This document shows positions 1 through 8,795 of a stretch of 29,370 nt of DNA, one piece after another (position 1 is the first letter of the stretch; each line of letters starts with the position of its first letter). The translations under genes were made by a program, and so were the position numbers. The DNA comes from Candidatus Enterousia sp. (GTDB lineage Bacteria > Pseudomonadota > Alphaproteobacteria > Rs-D84): positions 1 to 29,370 of the forward strand of contig JBJEXB010000102.1 of the NCBI GenBank assembly GCA_051885395.1, in the 5' to 3' direction. A model generated the notes under the pieces. The model was given only the letters and a program-made list of their open reading frames with translations. It had not been told where the DNA came from and searched no databases.

Positions 1-72
1 TTTGCGCTTTTATTTTCAAAGCCTGTGTATTCTATCCATATTTATGACAAATGTCAAATTAAAAATTCAAAC

Positions 73-100
73 TTGACGAAATAATTTTTTTATCTATAAT
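73..100 (+). promoter_or_regulatory. sigma70-type promoter of the hydrolase gene
   Basis: TTGACG (73-78), 16 nt, TATAAT (95-100), 47 nt before the ATG at 148. Confidence 0.65.
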
Positions 101-147
101 GCCAGCAACAAAATAACAATACATATTTAATATACAAAGTATAAAAA

Positions 148-1038
148 ATGATACAAAACATTACGCCAGATATAAAAAAACAATCAATTCAATGGCGCGC
201 AAAATTTTCATCAGATACAGAAATTGCATCCACAGGATATATAGTTAAGTACGCATTACATGCTGAACCACGTGGTAATCTTGTGCTGATTCCAGGGATG
301 GCAAGTAACTGTAAAACCGAACCACTAATGCAGGGATTCATAACATGGGGATTACTGCACAAGTATAATATATACACATTGGAAACATTTCTGGCATGTT
401 TTCAACCAGATGTAAGTTTCAACATCGCCAAAAAAAATACTGCACACGAACTTATCAGTTTAATTGACCGTGGATTAACTATTATTGAAAAATACAGCAC
501 AAAACACCCAATGCGTATTGTTGCACATTCTGCTGGTGCGGTCAGTACTGTCTGTGCTCTCAACCAACAAATTGCCCAAAACCGATTGATAAACATTGAT
601 CATATTACATTGTTCGCACCATTTATTGCGGACGAACGATTTACCAGAATCAAGAAATTTTACCGTGGTCGCAAATCAGATGCAGAATTCCAGCGCACAC
701 CAATAAAAATTGAAAATCCATATATTTCAAAGTCACAACCACGATGCATTTCTGTTTTACCATCATTTTTTGAACAGATAATAAATATGAACATAACAGG
801 TCCAGAAATTGAAAAATACACATTCCCTGTAACAATTGTTGCTGGTGGTCGTGATACCAAGGTACCTGCTAATATATTACATGAACTGTACAAGAAGTTA
901 GCATCATTGCCTAATGGCAACATGTTTAATTATGTATTATTCCCAAAAAGCAACCATTCTTTTGCATGCCAGTCAAATGAATTACTAAACATGATATCAA
1001 AAATAAATCCATACGTTATGCCATGCCGTTCGCGGTAA
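148..1038 (+). CDS. alpha/beta-fold hydrolase (296 aa)
   Basis: LVLIPGM oxyanion-type strand, nucleophile elbow VAHSAGA, candidate Asp in GGRDTKV and His in SNHSF, in the canonical order. Confidence 0.8.
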   Translation: MIQNITPDIKKQSIQWRAKFSSDTEIASTGYIVKYALHAEPRGNLVLIPGMASNCKTEPLMQGFITWGLLHKYNIYTLETFLACFQPDVSFNIAKKNTAHELISLIDRGLTIIEKYSTKHPMRIVAHSAGAVSTVCALNQQIAQNRLINIDHITLFAPFIADERFTRIKKFYRGRKSDAEFQRTPIKIENPYISKSQPRCISVLPSFFEQIINMNITGPEIEKYTFPVTIVAGGRDTKVPANILHELYKKLASLPNGNMFNYVLFPKSNHSFACQSNELLNMISKINPYVMPCRSR

Positions 1039-1048
1039 ATCTTTGTAC

Positions 1049-1077
1049 TGGACAGATTTTATAATAGTTTCTATAAT
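1049..1077 (+). promoter_or_regulatory. sigma70-type promoter of the ABC exporter
   Basis: TGGACA (1049-1054), 17 nt, TATAAT (1072-1077); only 9 nt before the ATG at 1087. Confidence 0.55.
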
Positions 1078-1086
1078 AACCACGCT

Positions 1087-2898
1087 ATGAAAAAAATATC
1101 ACAAAAATTAAAGACCCTGATAAAGGGCGATGAATCAAATGGTCGCATCAAGTGGTCATTATATGTACGTATATGGAATGAAATTGGACGTCCCCAGTGG
1201 AAATGGTTATTATTCGGCATAATCGCAACGGTTGGTACCGCCGCTGCCGAAGGTTATGCAATCACATTGGTGCAACGTGTCGTTGACGATGCATTTATCC
1301 AAAGAAGTATGCAAAATATATACATAATCGGATTACAGGTTGTCGGTGCATACGGTATGAAGGGTATATGTGGATATGCCAAAGCATTAATAATGTCCAA
1401 GGCTGGATTACTGGCCAGCGCACGCCTGCAACAACGCATTTACAATCACGTCGTTAAAATGAATATATCAAAATTCTATGGCGATGGAATTGGCAAAACA
1501 TTAAATTATTTCGGTGTCCAGGCAGGTGCAGTTTTAAATCTGATTACAGGTACAATTGTCAGCACAGTTCAACAAATTGCTACATTGGCAATTACATTGG
1601 GATTGATGGTGTATTATGCCCCACAAATGTGTGCAGTATTAATATTCTTGGTTCCTGCAATTATTGCGCCAACAATTTTGATTATGCGCAAGCGTCGTAA
1701 ATTATCACGTAAATCATTTGCGATTGCCAATGATGTATCACAACATTTGAACCAAACATTGCATGGAATCAAGACAATTCAGGCATTTGCAAACGAAGAT
1801 GTCGAAACCAAAAAATTCAGCCGTGTATTAAATGAATCAATGACCAACGCATACAAGGGAACCCAGGCACAAGCCCTGCAAACCCCATTAATGGAATTGA
1901 TGATTTCAATCGGATTATGCCTGTCATTGATTATCGGTGGACATTTTATCGTCAGTGGTGCTATTTCAACCGGTGACTTTACAGCATTCTTGCTGGCATT
2001 AACCGCAGCATATAAACCAGCAAAAAGTATGACCAAAACTGGTGACACTGTTCAACATGGACTGCTGGCAGCAGAAATTCTGTTTAATTTCTTGGACAGC
2101 AAACCAGATATCCAAGACGCCCCAGATGCAATTGAATTGCATAGCAAAAAAATGTCTGTTGATTTCAAAGACGTTTCATTTGAATATAACGCTGGCGACC
2201 CAGTATTGCACGATATCAATCTGCACGTTCCCGCTGGTCGTGTTTGCGCACTGGTTGGACCATCGGGTGGCGGTAAAACAACTATGTTCAATTTACTGGA
2301 ACGTTTTTATGAACCACAAACAGGTAAAATTGAAATTAATAACAAAGACATAAAGAAATACACACTGAAATCATTGCGTAACAATATCGCAGAAGTATCA
2401 CAGGATGTATTCTTGTTCAATGGCACAATCGAAGATAACATAAAATATGGTGTCCCCGATGCAACCCGTGAACAGGTTATTGCCGCGGCAACTGCTGCAA
2501 ATGCGCACGATTTTATTATGGGATTTCCAAAACAATATGAAAATTGTGTCGGCGAAGGCGGCGCATTACTATCTGGCGGTCAAAAGCAACGAATCGCTAT
2601 TGCGCGTGCAATATTGAAAAACGCCCCCATCCTGCTGCTGGACGAGGCAACGTCTGCACTGGATACACAAAGCGAAAAATTAATTCAGTCTGCATTAAAA
2701 GATTTAATGCGTGGACGTACGACATTTGTAATCGCACACAGACTGTCAACTATTCTGGACGCAGATATTATCTGTGTTGTCAAAGGTGGTCGCATAATTG
2801 AACAGGGAACAGATGCTGAACTAGTTGCATTGGGAGGCGAATATAAAAAACTGCGTGACATACAATTTCGCCCAACCAAACGCAAGAAAGGTAAATAA
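1087..2898 (+). CDS. MsbA-like ABC exporter, fused TMD-NBD (603 aa)
   Basis: N-terminal membrane domain; Walker A GPSGGGKTT, Q-loop EVSQD, signature LSGGQKQR, Walker B/D-loop LLLDEATSALD, H-switch IAHRLST. Confidence 0.9.
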   Translation: MKKISQKLKTLIKGDESNGRIKWSLYVRIWNEIGRPQWKWLLFGIIATVGTAAAEGYAITLVQRVVDDAFIQRSMQNIYIIGLQVVGAYGMKGICGYAKALIMSKAGLLASARLQQRIYNHVVKMNISKFYGDGIGKTLNYFGVQAGAVLNLITGTIVSTVQQIATLAITLGLMVYYAPQMCAVLIFLVPAIIAPTILIMRKRRKLSRKSFAIANDVSQHLNQTLHGIKTIQAFANEDVETKKFSRVLNESMTNAYKGTQAQALQTPLMELMISIGLCLSLIIGGHFIVSGAISTGDFTAFLLALTAAYKPAKSMTKTGDTVQHGLLAAEILFNFLDSKPDIQDAPDAIELHSKKMSVDFKDVSFEYNAGDPVLHDINLHVPAGRVCALVGPSGGGKTTMFNLLERFYEPQTGKIEINNKDIKKYTLKSLRNNIAEVSQDVFLFNGTIEDNIKYGVPDATREQVIAAATAANAHDFIMGFPKQYENCVGEGGALLSGGQKQRIAIARAILKNAPILLLDEATSALDTQSEKLIQSALKDLMRGRTTFVIAHRLSTILDADIICVVKGGRIIEQGTDAELVALGGEYKKLRDIQFRPTKRKKGK

Positions 2899-2903
2899 AA
2901 ATA

Positions 2904-3308
2904 TCATCTAAAAACCCAAATATAACAAACATCATAAAAAAAATTATTATCTGATCCGCGTTTTGTTGATTGGGTATCTATTGCATTTTCTGTCATCTGT
3001 GACGGCATACACCCATTAATAAAAATACCCAGTTCATTATTGGGAATACATGTATACGGTTCCAGCGAATATCCTGGTTGACAATCAGTACAAGAGAATT
3101 CAACCATCCAACTATTACAATCTTCGGGGGTCCATCCATCATAGATACTCCAATACAGTGGATCACGACAACCACCATCCCAATATCCATTAGTACAATG
3201 ATTTGCGCTCAATATATCGGCTGGTAATGGTGTCCCTATATCAGAATAACCTGCTGCAATTGCATATTGCGACCATATCCCAACAGACATTGCAACGGTG
3301 ATTATCAT
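2904..3308 (-). CDS. small Cys-rich putative secreted protein (134 aa)
   Basis: ORF fills the gap between convergent genes; hydrophobic N-terminus ending YAIA; several Cys including CTDCQPGY; start is uncertain (see findings). Confidence 0.55.
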   Translation of the reverse strand: MIITVAMSVGIWSQYAIAAGYSDIGTPLPADILSANHCTNGYWDGGCRDPLYWSIYDGWTPEDCNSWMVEFSCTDCQPGYSLEPYTCIPNNELGIFINGCMPSQMTENAIDTQSTKRGSDNNFFYDVCYIWVFR

Positions 3309-3420
3309 TATTTTTTCATTGTTTCATATCCTGATTAAGCACAGGTCTTCCCCCCCCATCAATGGAATACCAATTGACGCTTTATATAATAATTATAATT
3401 TGTGCAAAAATCAATACAAA

Positions 3421-3444
3421 TCATCCCCCGAATATGGGGGATGA
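3421..3444 (-). terminator. rho-independent terminator of clpB
   Basis: TCATCCCCC-6 nt-GGGGGATGA perfect stem 12 nt after the clpB stop, T-rich tail on the minus strand. Confidence 0.75.
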
Positions 3445-3456
3445 CTTAGTCAGCAT

Positions 3457-5514
3457 TTATTTTACGGTCAAATCTTTGCCAGAAACATCAATATGGACTG
3501 TGCTGCCTTCGCCGACTTTGCCAGCCAAAATCAGGTCTGCAATTTTGTCTTCGACACTTGATGTAATCAGACGTTTTAATGGTCGCGCACCGAATACCGC
3601 ATCGTATCCTTTTTCAGCCATCCATTTTATCGCCTTGTCCGAAACATCTAATGTTATACGACGTTCTGCCAATCGCTTTTCCAATCGCGACAGTTGAATC
3701 TTTACAATTCCTGCCATAACATCTTTGCCCAATGGGTTAAAGAACACAATTTCATCAAGACGGTTTATAAATTCCGGTCTGAAATGTGACTTTACCGCGT
3801 TCATATCTGGCAAATTACTGGTCATTATTATGATAGTGTTCGTAAAGTTCACAATATGCCCCTGCCCGTCGGTAAGTCTGCCATCATCCAAAATCTGCAA
3901 GAACACATTGAACACATCGGGCGCAGCCTTTTCAATTTCATCAAACAACAACACCTGATATGGACGACGACGTACGCTTTCTGTTAATACACCGCCCTGT
4001 TCATAGCCAACGTACCCTGGGGGACTGCCAATCAGACGTGATACAGAATGTGGTTCCATATACTCACTCATATCAATTCGCGTCATTGCCGTGTCATCGT
4101 TAAACAGATATTCTGCCAGGGCTTTTGCAACCTCGGTCTTGCCAACACCTGTGGGCCCCAGGAACATAAATGAACCCGCCGGACGATTTGGGTCAGACAA
4201 TCCTGCACGACTGCGGCGTATTGCACGTGACACAACATTCAATGCCAAATCTTGCCCGACGACACGTTTGCGTAATTCTTCTTCGATATTTAACAGTTTT
4301 GACTGTTCTTCCATGCTTAATTTATCCGCAGGAACACCCGTCCATTTGCTGACCACCGCGGCAATATGTTCTGGCAACACCGTTTTATATTCACGCGCAT
4401 CTGCGTTCATTTTACGAATATTTTCCTCTAATTCTGGAATCTTGCCATATTGCAAGGCAGACGCCTTTTCATAGTCGCCATTACGCATCGCGGTTGCAAC
4501 TTCTGCCTTGGCAGCGTCCAGTGCAGCCATTGCATCCGACAGACCACGCATTTTTTGCTGTTCTGCGCGCCATTCGTCCGTCAGTTTCTTGGATTCTGCC
4601 TCTGTTTCCTTAATCAGTTTTTCCAAATCTTTCAGACGTTTTTTTGAATCTTCGTCTTTTTCTTTCTTTAATGCCTGCTGTTCGATTTTCAGTTGCATTA
4701 AATGACGATCAATTTCATCTAACTTTTCAGGCTTTGATGCGACCTCGATACGAACACGGGCAGCCGCTTCATCCATCAGGTCAATTGCCTTGTCCGGCAA
4801 GAAGCGGTCTGTGATATACCGATTCGATAATTTCACCGCGGACACCAACGCACTGTCGGAAATACGCACACCGTGATGCCCTTCGTATTTTTCTTTTAAT
4901 CCGCGCATAATTGAAATTGTATCGTCAACAGTCGGCTCGTCAACGTACACAGGCTGGAAACGACGTGCCAAGGCCGGGTCTTTTTCAATATACTGGCGAT
5001 ATTCGTCCAATGTCGTTGCCCCCAGGCAATGTAATTCCCCACGTGCCAACATTGGCTTTAATAAATTACCAGCATCCATTGAACCTTCGCCTTTGCCAGC
5101 ACCGACCAAAGTATGCAATTCATCAATGAACAAAATGATTTCGCCATTTGATTCTTTGACGGCTTTCAAAATAGCCTTAAATCGGCCTTCAAATTGACCA
5201 CGGAACATTGCGCCAGCCATTAATGCGCCCATATCTAATGACAATAATTTCTTATTTAACAGATTTTCTGGCACGTCACCTGACACAATACGTTCTGCCA
5301 ATCCTTCGACAATCGCGGTTTTACCAACACCAGGACTGCCAATCAAAACAGGATTGTTTTTCGTACGGCGACTCAATACCTGAATGGTACGACGTATTTC
5401 ATCATCGCGCCCAATTACAGGGTCCAGTTTGCCATCTGCCGCCAGTTTTGTAAAATCTGTCGTATATTTTTCAATCGCCTGTTGTGGCGTTTCTTGCATT
5501 TCTTCTGGATTCAT
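3457..5514 (-). CDS. clpB: ClpB disaggregase lacking the N-terminal domain (685 aa)
   Basis: [15 protein letters not shown], Walker A GSPGVGKT and GPTGVGKT, Walker B LFIDE and LLFDE, coiled-coil M-domain ending [15 protein letters not shown] pore loop, GARPLKR; SD AAGGAGG. Confidence 0.97.
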   Translation of the reverse strand: MNPEEMQETPQQAIEKYTTDFTKLAADGKLDPVIGRDDEIRRTIQVLSRRTKNNPVLIGSPGVGKTAIVEGLAERIVSGDVPENLLNKKLLSLDMGALMAGAMFRGQFEGRFKAILKAVKESNGEIILFIDELHTLVGAGKGEGSMDAGNLLKPMLARGELHCLGATTLDEYRQYIEKDPALARRFQPVYVDEPTVDDTISIMRGLKEKYEGHHGVRISDSALVSAVKLSNRYITDRFLPDKAIDLMDEAAARVRIEVASKPEKLDEIDRHLMQLKIEQQALKKEKDEDSKKRLKDLEKLIKETEAESKKLTDEWRAEQQKMRGLSDAMAALDAAKAEVATAMRNGDYEKASALQYGKIPELEENIRKMNADAREYKTVLPEHIAAVVSKWTGVPADKLSMEEQSKLLNIEEELRKRVVGQDLALNVVSRAIRRSRAGLSDPNRPAGSFMFLGPTGVGKTEVAKALAEYLFNDDTAMTRIDMSEYMEPHSVSRLIGSPPGYVGYEQGGVLTESVRRRPYQVLLFDEIEKAAPDVFNVFLQILDDGRLTDGQGHIVNFTNTIIIMTSNLPDMNAVKSHFRPEFINRLDEIVFFNPLGKDVMAGIVKIQLSRLEKRLAERRITLDVSDKAIKWMAEKGYDAVFGARPLKRLITSSVEDKIADLILAGKVGEGSTVHIDVSGKDLTVK

Positions 5515-5550
5515 TGTAAATCCTCCTTACTATTATTTTTGTTATCCTTT

Positions 5551-5578
5551 ATATAGTTGCATTTTTTCACCTTTCAAG
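5551..5578 (-). promoter_or_regulatory. RpoH (sigma32)-type heat-shock promoter of clpB
   Basis: minus strand CTTGAA-N15-ACTATAT, matching the alphaproteobacterial RpoH consensus CTTGAA-N15/16-CCTATAT. Confidence 0.7.
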
Positions 5579-5604
5579 ATACAGGTATCAAATCCCGAAA
5601 CCTG

Positions 5605-5633
5605 TTGCGCACAATAATATTTTACTTTATCAT
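5605..5633 (+). promoter_or_regulatory. sigma70-type promoter of the DUF4301 gene
   Basis: TTGCGC, 17 nt, TATCAT; GGGGG ribosome-binding site before the ATG at 5655. Confidence 0.5.
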
Positions 5634-5654
5634 CAATTTATCACAGGGGGACAT

Positions 5655-7100
5655 ATGACAACTTTTTCCGATACAGACATTAAGCAAATACAAAATCACG
5701 GACTGGATATTGCCACTATCATGAAACAATTGCATGATTTCGAAACAGGATTTCCATATTCAAATATTAACCGTCCTGCAATTATTGATGATGGCATTAT
5801 TTCCCCAGACGAAAAAACTGCAACAGATGCGATTGCGAAATACGACAAGTATCGCAAAACACATAAAATCGTAAAATTTATTCCAGCATCAGGCGCCGCA
5901 ACCCGTATGTTCAAAGACCTTTATGAATTCTTGGATTCTGGCGTTATGAACAACGCGACCCAAACTGTAATCGACAATCTGAAAACATTTGCTTTTTATG
6001 ATGATTTAAAAAAATATTTGCCATTAAACCCAACCGCACATGACATCATTGAATGTATTATAACAGAACGCGGATTAAATTATGGTAATATGCCCAAGGC
6101 ATTAATCAAATTCCACAAATACAAAACACATTCACGCACCGCGGCAGCCGAACATTTAATAGAAGGCGCACTTTACGCATGCGGTCAAAACAACACAACA
6201 AATATCCATTTTACAGTATCCCCTGAACACCGTGACGGATTTGAAAAATTGCTTAACGATATTGTACCAGAATATACATCACAATTTGATACCACATTTA
6301 ATATATCTATGTCATATCAAATGCCGCATACTGATACAATCGCTGTAAATTTAGATAATTCACCTTTCCGAAATAATGATGGCACATTACTGTTTCGCCC
6401 CGCAGGTCATGGCGCATTAATTGAAAATCTGAACAACATAGACGCCGACCTGATATTTATAAAAAATATCGACAATATATGTACGGATGACGCACGTGAT
6501 ATTACTGTATATAACAAAAAATTATTGGCAGGTATCGCCGTCGCCACCCAACAAAAAATATTTGAATATATCAACCAAATTGATAATGGCACCGCAAATT
6601 TATCCGCAATATCCCAATTTATAAATAAAAATTTGGGTATAACAAAATTCGCAAATGATGCACACATCTTGCGCGCAATTTTAAACCGTCCGCTGCGTGT
6701 GTGTGGAATTATCAAAAATACTGGCGCACCTGGGGGTGGTCCATTCTGGGTGCAAAACTCTGACGGCACACAATCATTACAGATTGTTGAACCTGGTCAA
6801 ATCGCGCCAAATCAAATTGAAATTTTAACCCGTGGTAAATTTTTCAGTCCAACAGATATAGTATGTGCCACCCGTGATATAAACGGAAATAAATTTAATC
6901 TGATCGACTTTGTTGATGACACAGCAGGATTTATATCTGAAAAATCAAAAAATGGTCACCCATTGCGCGCAATGGAACGCCCAGGATTATGGAACGGCGC
7001 AATGGCACGGTGGAACACGATTTTTGTCGAAACGCCAATCATAACATTTACGCCTGTAAAAACAATTTGTGACCTGTTGGACACGACACACAAGGGGTAA
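5655..7100 (+). CDS. DUF4301 family protein, predicted nucleotidyltransferase-like fold (481 aa)
   Basis: KFIPASGAATRMFKDL, FRPAGHGALIENLN, FIKNIDN, GGGPFWV and ERPGLWNGAMA motifs recognised as DUF4301. Confidence 0.85.
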   Translation: MTTFSDTDIKQIQNHGLDIATIMKQLHDFETGFPYSNINRPAIIDDGIISPDEKTATDAIAKYDKYRKTHKIVKFIPASGAATRMFKDLYEFLDSGVMNNATQTVIDNLKTFAFYDDLKKYLPLNPTAHDIIECIITERGLNYGNMPKALIKFHKYKTHSRTAAAEHLIEGALYACGQNNTTNIHFTVSPEHRDGFEKLLNDIVPEYTSQFDTTFNISMSYQMPHTDTIAVNLDNSPFRNNDGTLLFRPAGHGALIENLNNIDADLIFIKNIDNICTDDARDITVYNKKLLAGIAVATQQKIFEYINQIDNGTANLSAISQFINKNLGITKFANDAHILRAILNRPLRVCGIIKNTGAPGGGPFWVQNSDGTQSLQIVEPGQIAPNQIEILTRGKFFSPTDIVCATRDINGNKFNLIDFVDDTAGFISEKSKNGHPLRAMERPGLWNGAMARWNTIFVETPIITFTPVKTICDLLDTTHKG

Positions 7101-7123
7101 AAATTAAAATATGAAAACATTAC

Positions 7124-7150
7124 TTGACTTTCTGTGATTTTTGTTATAAA
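7124..7150 (+). promoter_or_regulatory. sigma70-type promoter of rpmB
   Basis: TTGACT (7124-7129) and TGtTATAAA (extended -10) upstream of the ATG at 7178. Confidence 0.55.
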
Positions 7151-7177
7151 TTATGCCGAGTTAAAAGGATTAGTAAT

Positions 7178-7549
7178 ATGCCACGTGTATGTAAAGTTAC
7201 AGGTAAGAAAACAGAAGTTGGGATGAACGTTTCCCACTCTATGCGTCATACGAAACGCACATTCTTGCCAAATCTGCAAAAATTAAAATTCCACAGTGAT
7301 ATTTTAAATCGCGATTTTTCATTGCGTATTTCAACCGCTGGTCTGCGTACATTGACCAAACACGGCGGTCTGGATGCGTACGTAATGGCGAAACCAGTAT
7401 CACGTTTGACCGAAGAAATGGCAGCAATCAAAAAAGCCATTGAAAAAAAGCAGGGAAAACCTGCCACACCAGCGAAAAAGGCTGCCTACAAACCAAACCG
7501 CAGCGCACGCTTGGTAAAAAAGGTCGAATCTAAAACAGTCGCAAAATAA
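7178..7549 (+). CDS. rpmB: 50S ribosomal protein L28 with a Lys-rich C-terminal tail (123 aa)
   Basis: MPRVCKVTGK...GMNVSHSMRHTKRTFLPNLQ...LRISTAGLRTL; start at 7178 (the track's 7124 TTG start lies in the promoter). Confidence 0.95.
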   Translation: MPRVCKVTGKKTEVGMNVSHSMRHTKRTFLPNLQKLKFHSDILNRDFSLRISTAGLRTLTKHGGLDAYVMAKPVSRLTEEMAAIKKAIEKKQGKPATPAKKAAYKPNRSARLVKKVESKTVAK

Positions 7550-7566
7550 TTTATGCGGACGGTTTT

Positions 7567-7651
7567 GGCCCCGTGGCGGAATTGGTAGACGCGCTTGACT
7601 CAAAATCAAGTTCTGCAAGGAGTGTCGGTTCGAGTCCGACCAGGGCCACCA
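7567..7651 (+). tRNA. tRNA-Leu(CAA)
   Basis: D-arm TGGCGGAATTGGTAGACGC, anticodon arm CTTGA-CTCAAAA-TCAAG, long variable arm, T-arm GTCGG-TTCGAGT-CCGAC, encoded CCA. Confidence 0.95.
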
Positions 7652-7657
7652 GAATTG

Positions 7658-7681
7658 AAAGCACCCCATTTGGGGTGTTTT
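7658..7681 (+). terminator. terminator hairpin after tRNA-Leu
   Basis: AAAGCACCCCA-TT-TGGGGTGTTTT. Confidence 0.7.
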
Positions 7682-7695
7682 TAATTCTGTGTTTT

Positions 7696-7782
7696 TCTGG
7701 CTGGACGAGAACCATGGTGAGAGTCCGGCCAGTAATCGGGCCCCACAAAAATTATAATTTTTGTGGGTGATTTGCCGCCAGA
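7696..7782. ncRNA. unassigned structured RNA candidate
   Basis: GC-rich island in AT-rich intergenic DNA; hairpin 7697-7732 and perfect 26-bp palindrome 7742-7767; lies between two terminators. Confidence 0.3.
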
Positions 7783-7791
7783 TTAAAACGG

Positions 7792-7816
7792 AAAACATCC
7801 CTTGTGGATGTTTTTT
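7792..7816 (+). terminator. bidirectional terminator-like hairpin
   Basis: AAAACATCC-CTTGT-GGATGTTTTTT. Confidence 0.7.
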
Positions 7817-7965
7817 GTTTTAAGTTTTGATGTTTCTGAACGAATGAAGAACCTATAAACCGTCATACAAACATAAAATTCTTGTCAGGATTTCTTATTT
7901 CTGAAATCAATCCTGTGCATATCAAATCGCCATACTGATATAGTTATAAAAGAATTAAATCTCTA

Positions 7966-7995
7966 TTGACATTATTTGCACGATTTTACTATGAT
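7966..7995 (+). promoter_or_regulatory. sigma70-type promoter of the MotA/MotB-like operon
   Basis: TTGACA, 18 nt, TATGAT; GGGGGA ribosome-binding site before 8025. Confidence 0.6.
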
Positions 7996-8024
7996 TTAAT
8001 ATATCACAGTGGGGGAACAAAGTA

Positions 8025-8765
8025 ATGACAAACCAATTTCACATAAATCTTAATCGGATGGCACTGTTTACCGCGTTGCTGGCAATTGGGCTAATTTTGT
8101 TCCGCAGACAGTTTTTACAGATTGCCGTATCAAATCTGTACTTAAACGGGGTGATTATTGGTGTAACCTTGTTTGGAATTGGGTTGTGCTTTGTTGAAAT
8201 ATTTAAATTATTGCCAGAATACAAATGGTTACGTTCATACGTGCGCGGCAAACGCCGTATTGAAATGCCACCACAATTATTACGCCCTGTTGCGATTATG
8301 CTGGCATCACGTCCACGTCAAATTTCAGCATCTGGTCTGAATAATATGATGGATATGATTTTATTACGTTTTGATGATTCACGTGAATCAATTCGATACA
8401 TCACAAATACATTGATATTCTTAGGACTGCTGGGAACGTTTTGGGGATTAATTTTAACCATTGGCAGTTTTGCAGATTTAATGACCAATCTGAATTTTAA
8501 TGACGATTCGGTTCTACTCGCAATGCAACAAGGATTGGCAAAACCATTATCTGGTATGGGAACCGCATTTACCAGTTCACTGTTGGGACTGGGGGGCAGT
8601 TTGACAATCGGATTTCTGGGCTTGCAGGTTCAATTGGCGCAAAATTCAATATTTAATGAACTGCAAGAATATTTTGCGGCACACACACGTGTTGCTGCAC
8701 CAGTTGCCGACACAACAATTGTAACAGATTTTTCCACCACAGATGAATCATCATCTGATAAATAA
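8025..8765 (+). CDS. MotA/TolQ/ExbB proton-channel family protein (246 aa)
   Basis: two N-terminal hydrophobic helices plus the channel helices IFLGLLGTFWGL and GMGTAFTSSLLG. Confidence 0.85.
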   Translation: MTNQFHINLNRMALFTALLAIGLILFRRQFLQIAVSNLYLNGVIIGVTLFGIGLCFVEIFKLLPEYKWLRSYVRGKRRIEMPPQLLRPVAIMLASRPRQISASGLNNMMDMILLRFDDSRESIRYITNTLIFLGLLGTFWGLILTIGSFADLMTNLNFNDDSVLLAMQQGLAKPLSGMGTAFTSSLLGLGGSLTIGFLGLQVQLAQNSIFNELQEYFAAHTRVAAPVADTTIVTDFSTTDESSSDK

Positions 8766-8795
8766 AATAATAAGAATCAAAGAGAGAGAGAACAA

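Noticed and set aside
45-56. TGACA-AA-TGTCA palindrome as an operator
   Set aside because: Short single instance at the window edge; no regulator can be assigned
3362-3697. 111-aa plus-strand ORF
   Set aside because: Antisense to the clpB 3' end and its terminator
5646-5650. GGGGG ribosome-binding sites (also before 8025, 13513 and 14460) as evidence of an altered anti-SD
   Set aside because: GGGGG pairs with CCUCC through a G-U wobble, and canonical AAGGAGG/AAGGAG sites occur at clpB and dsbA
7696-7782. 5S rRNA, SRP RNA, two-piece tmRNA or cobalamin/FMN riboswitch identity for the structured unit
   Set aside because: Ends resemble 5S helix I and GGTGAGAGTCC resembles a T-loop, but it is too short and lacks 5S loop C (CCGAAC), the SRP GGAA/GCAG core, a tmRNA acceptor end and the riboswitch cores
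7400-7798. 132-aa minus-strand ORF (and the 7551/7573 ORFs)
   Set aside because: Artefacts of translating the tRNA and rpmB antisense
7955-7969. CtrA box TTAA-N7-TTGA overlapping a -35
   Set aside because: Imperfect, and expected by chance in AT-rich DNA
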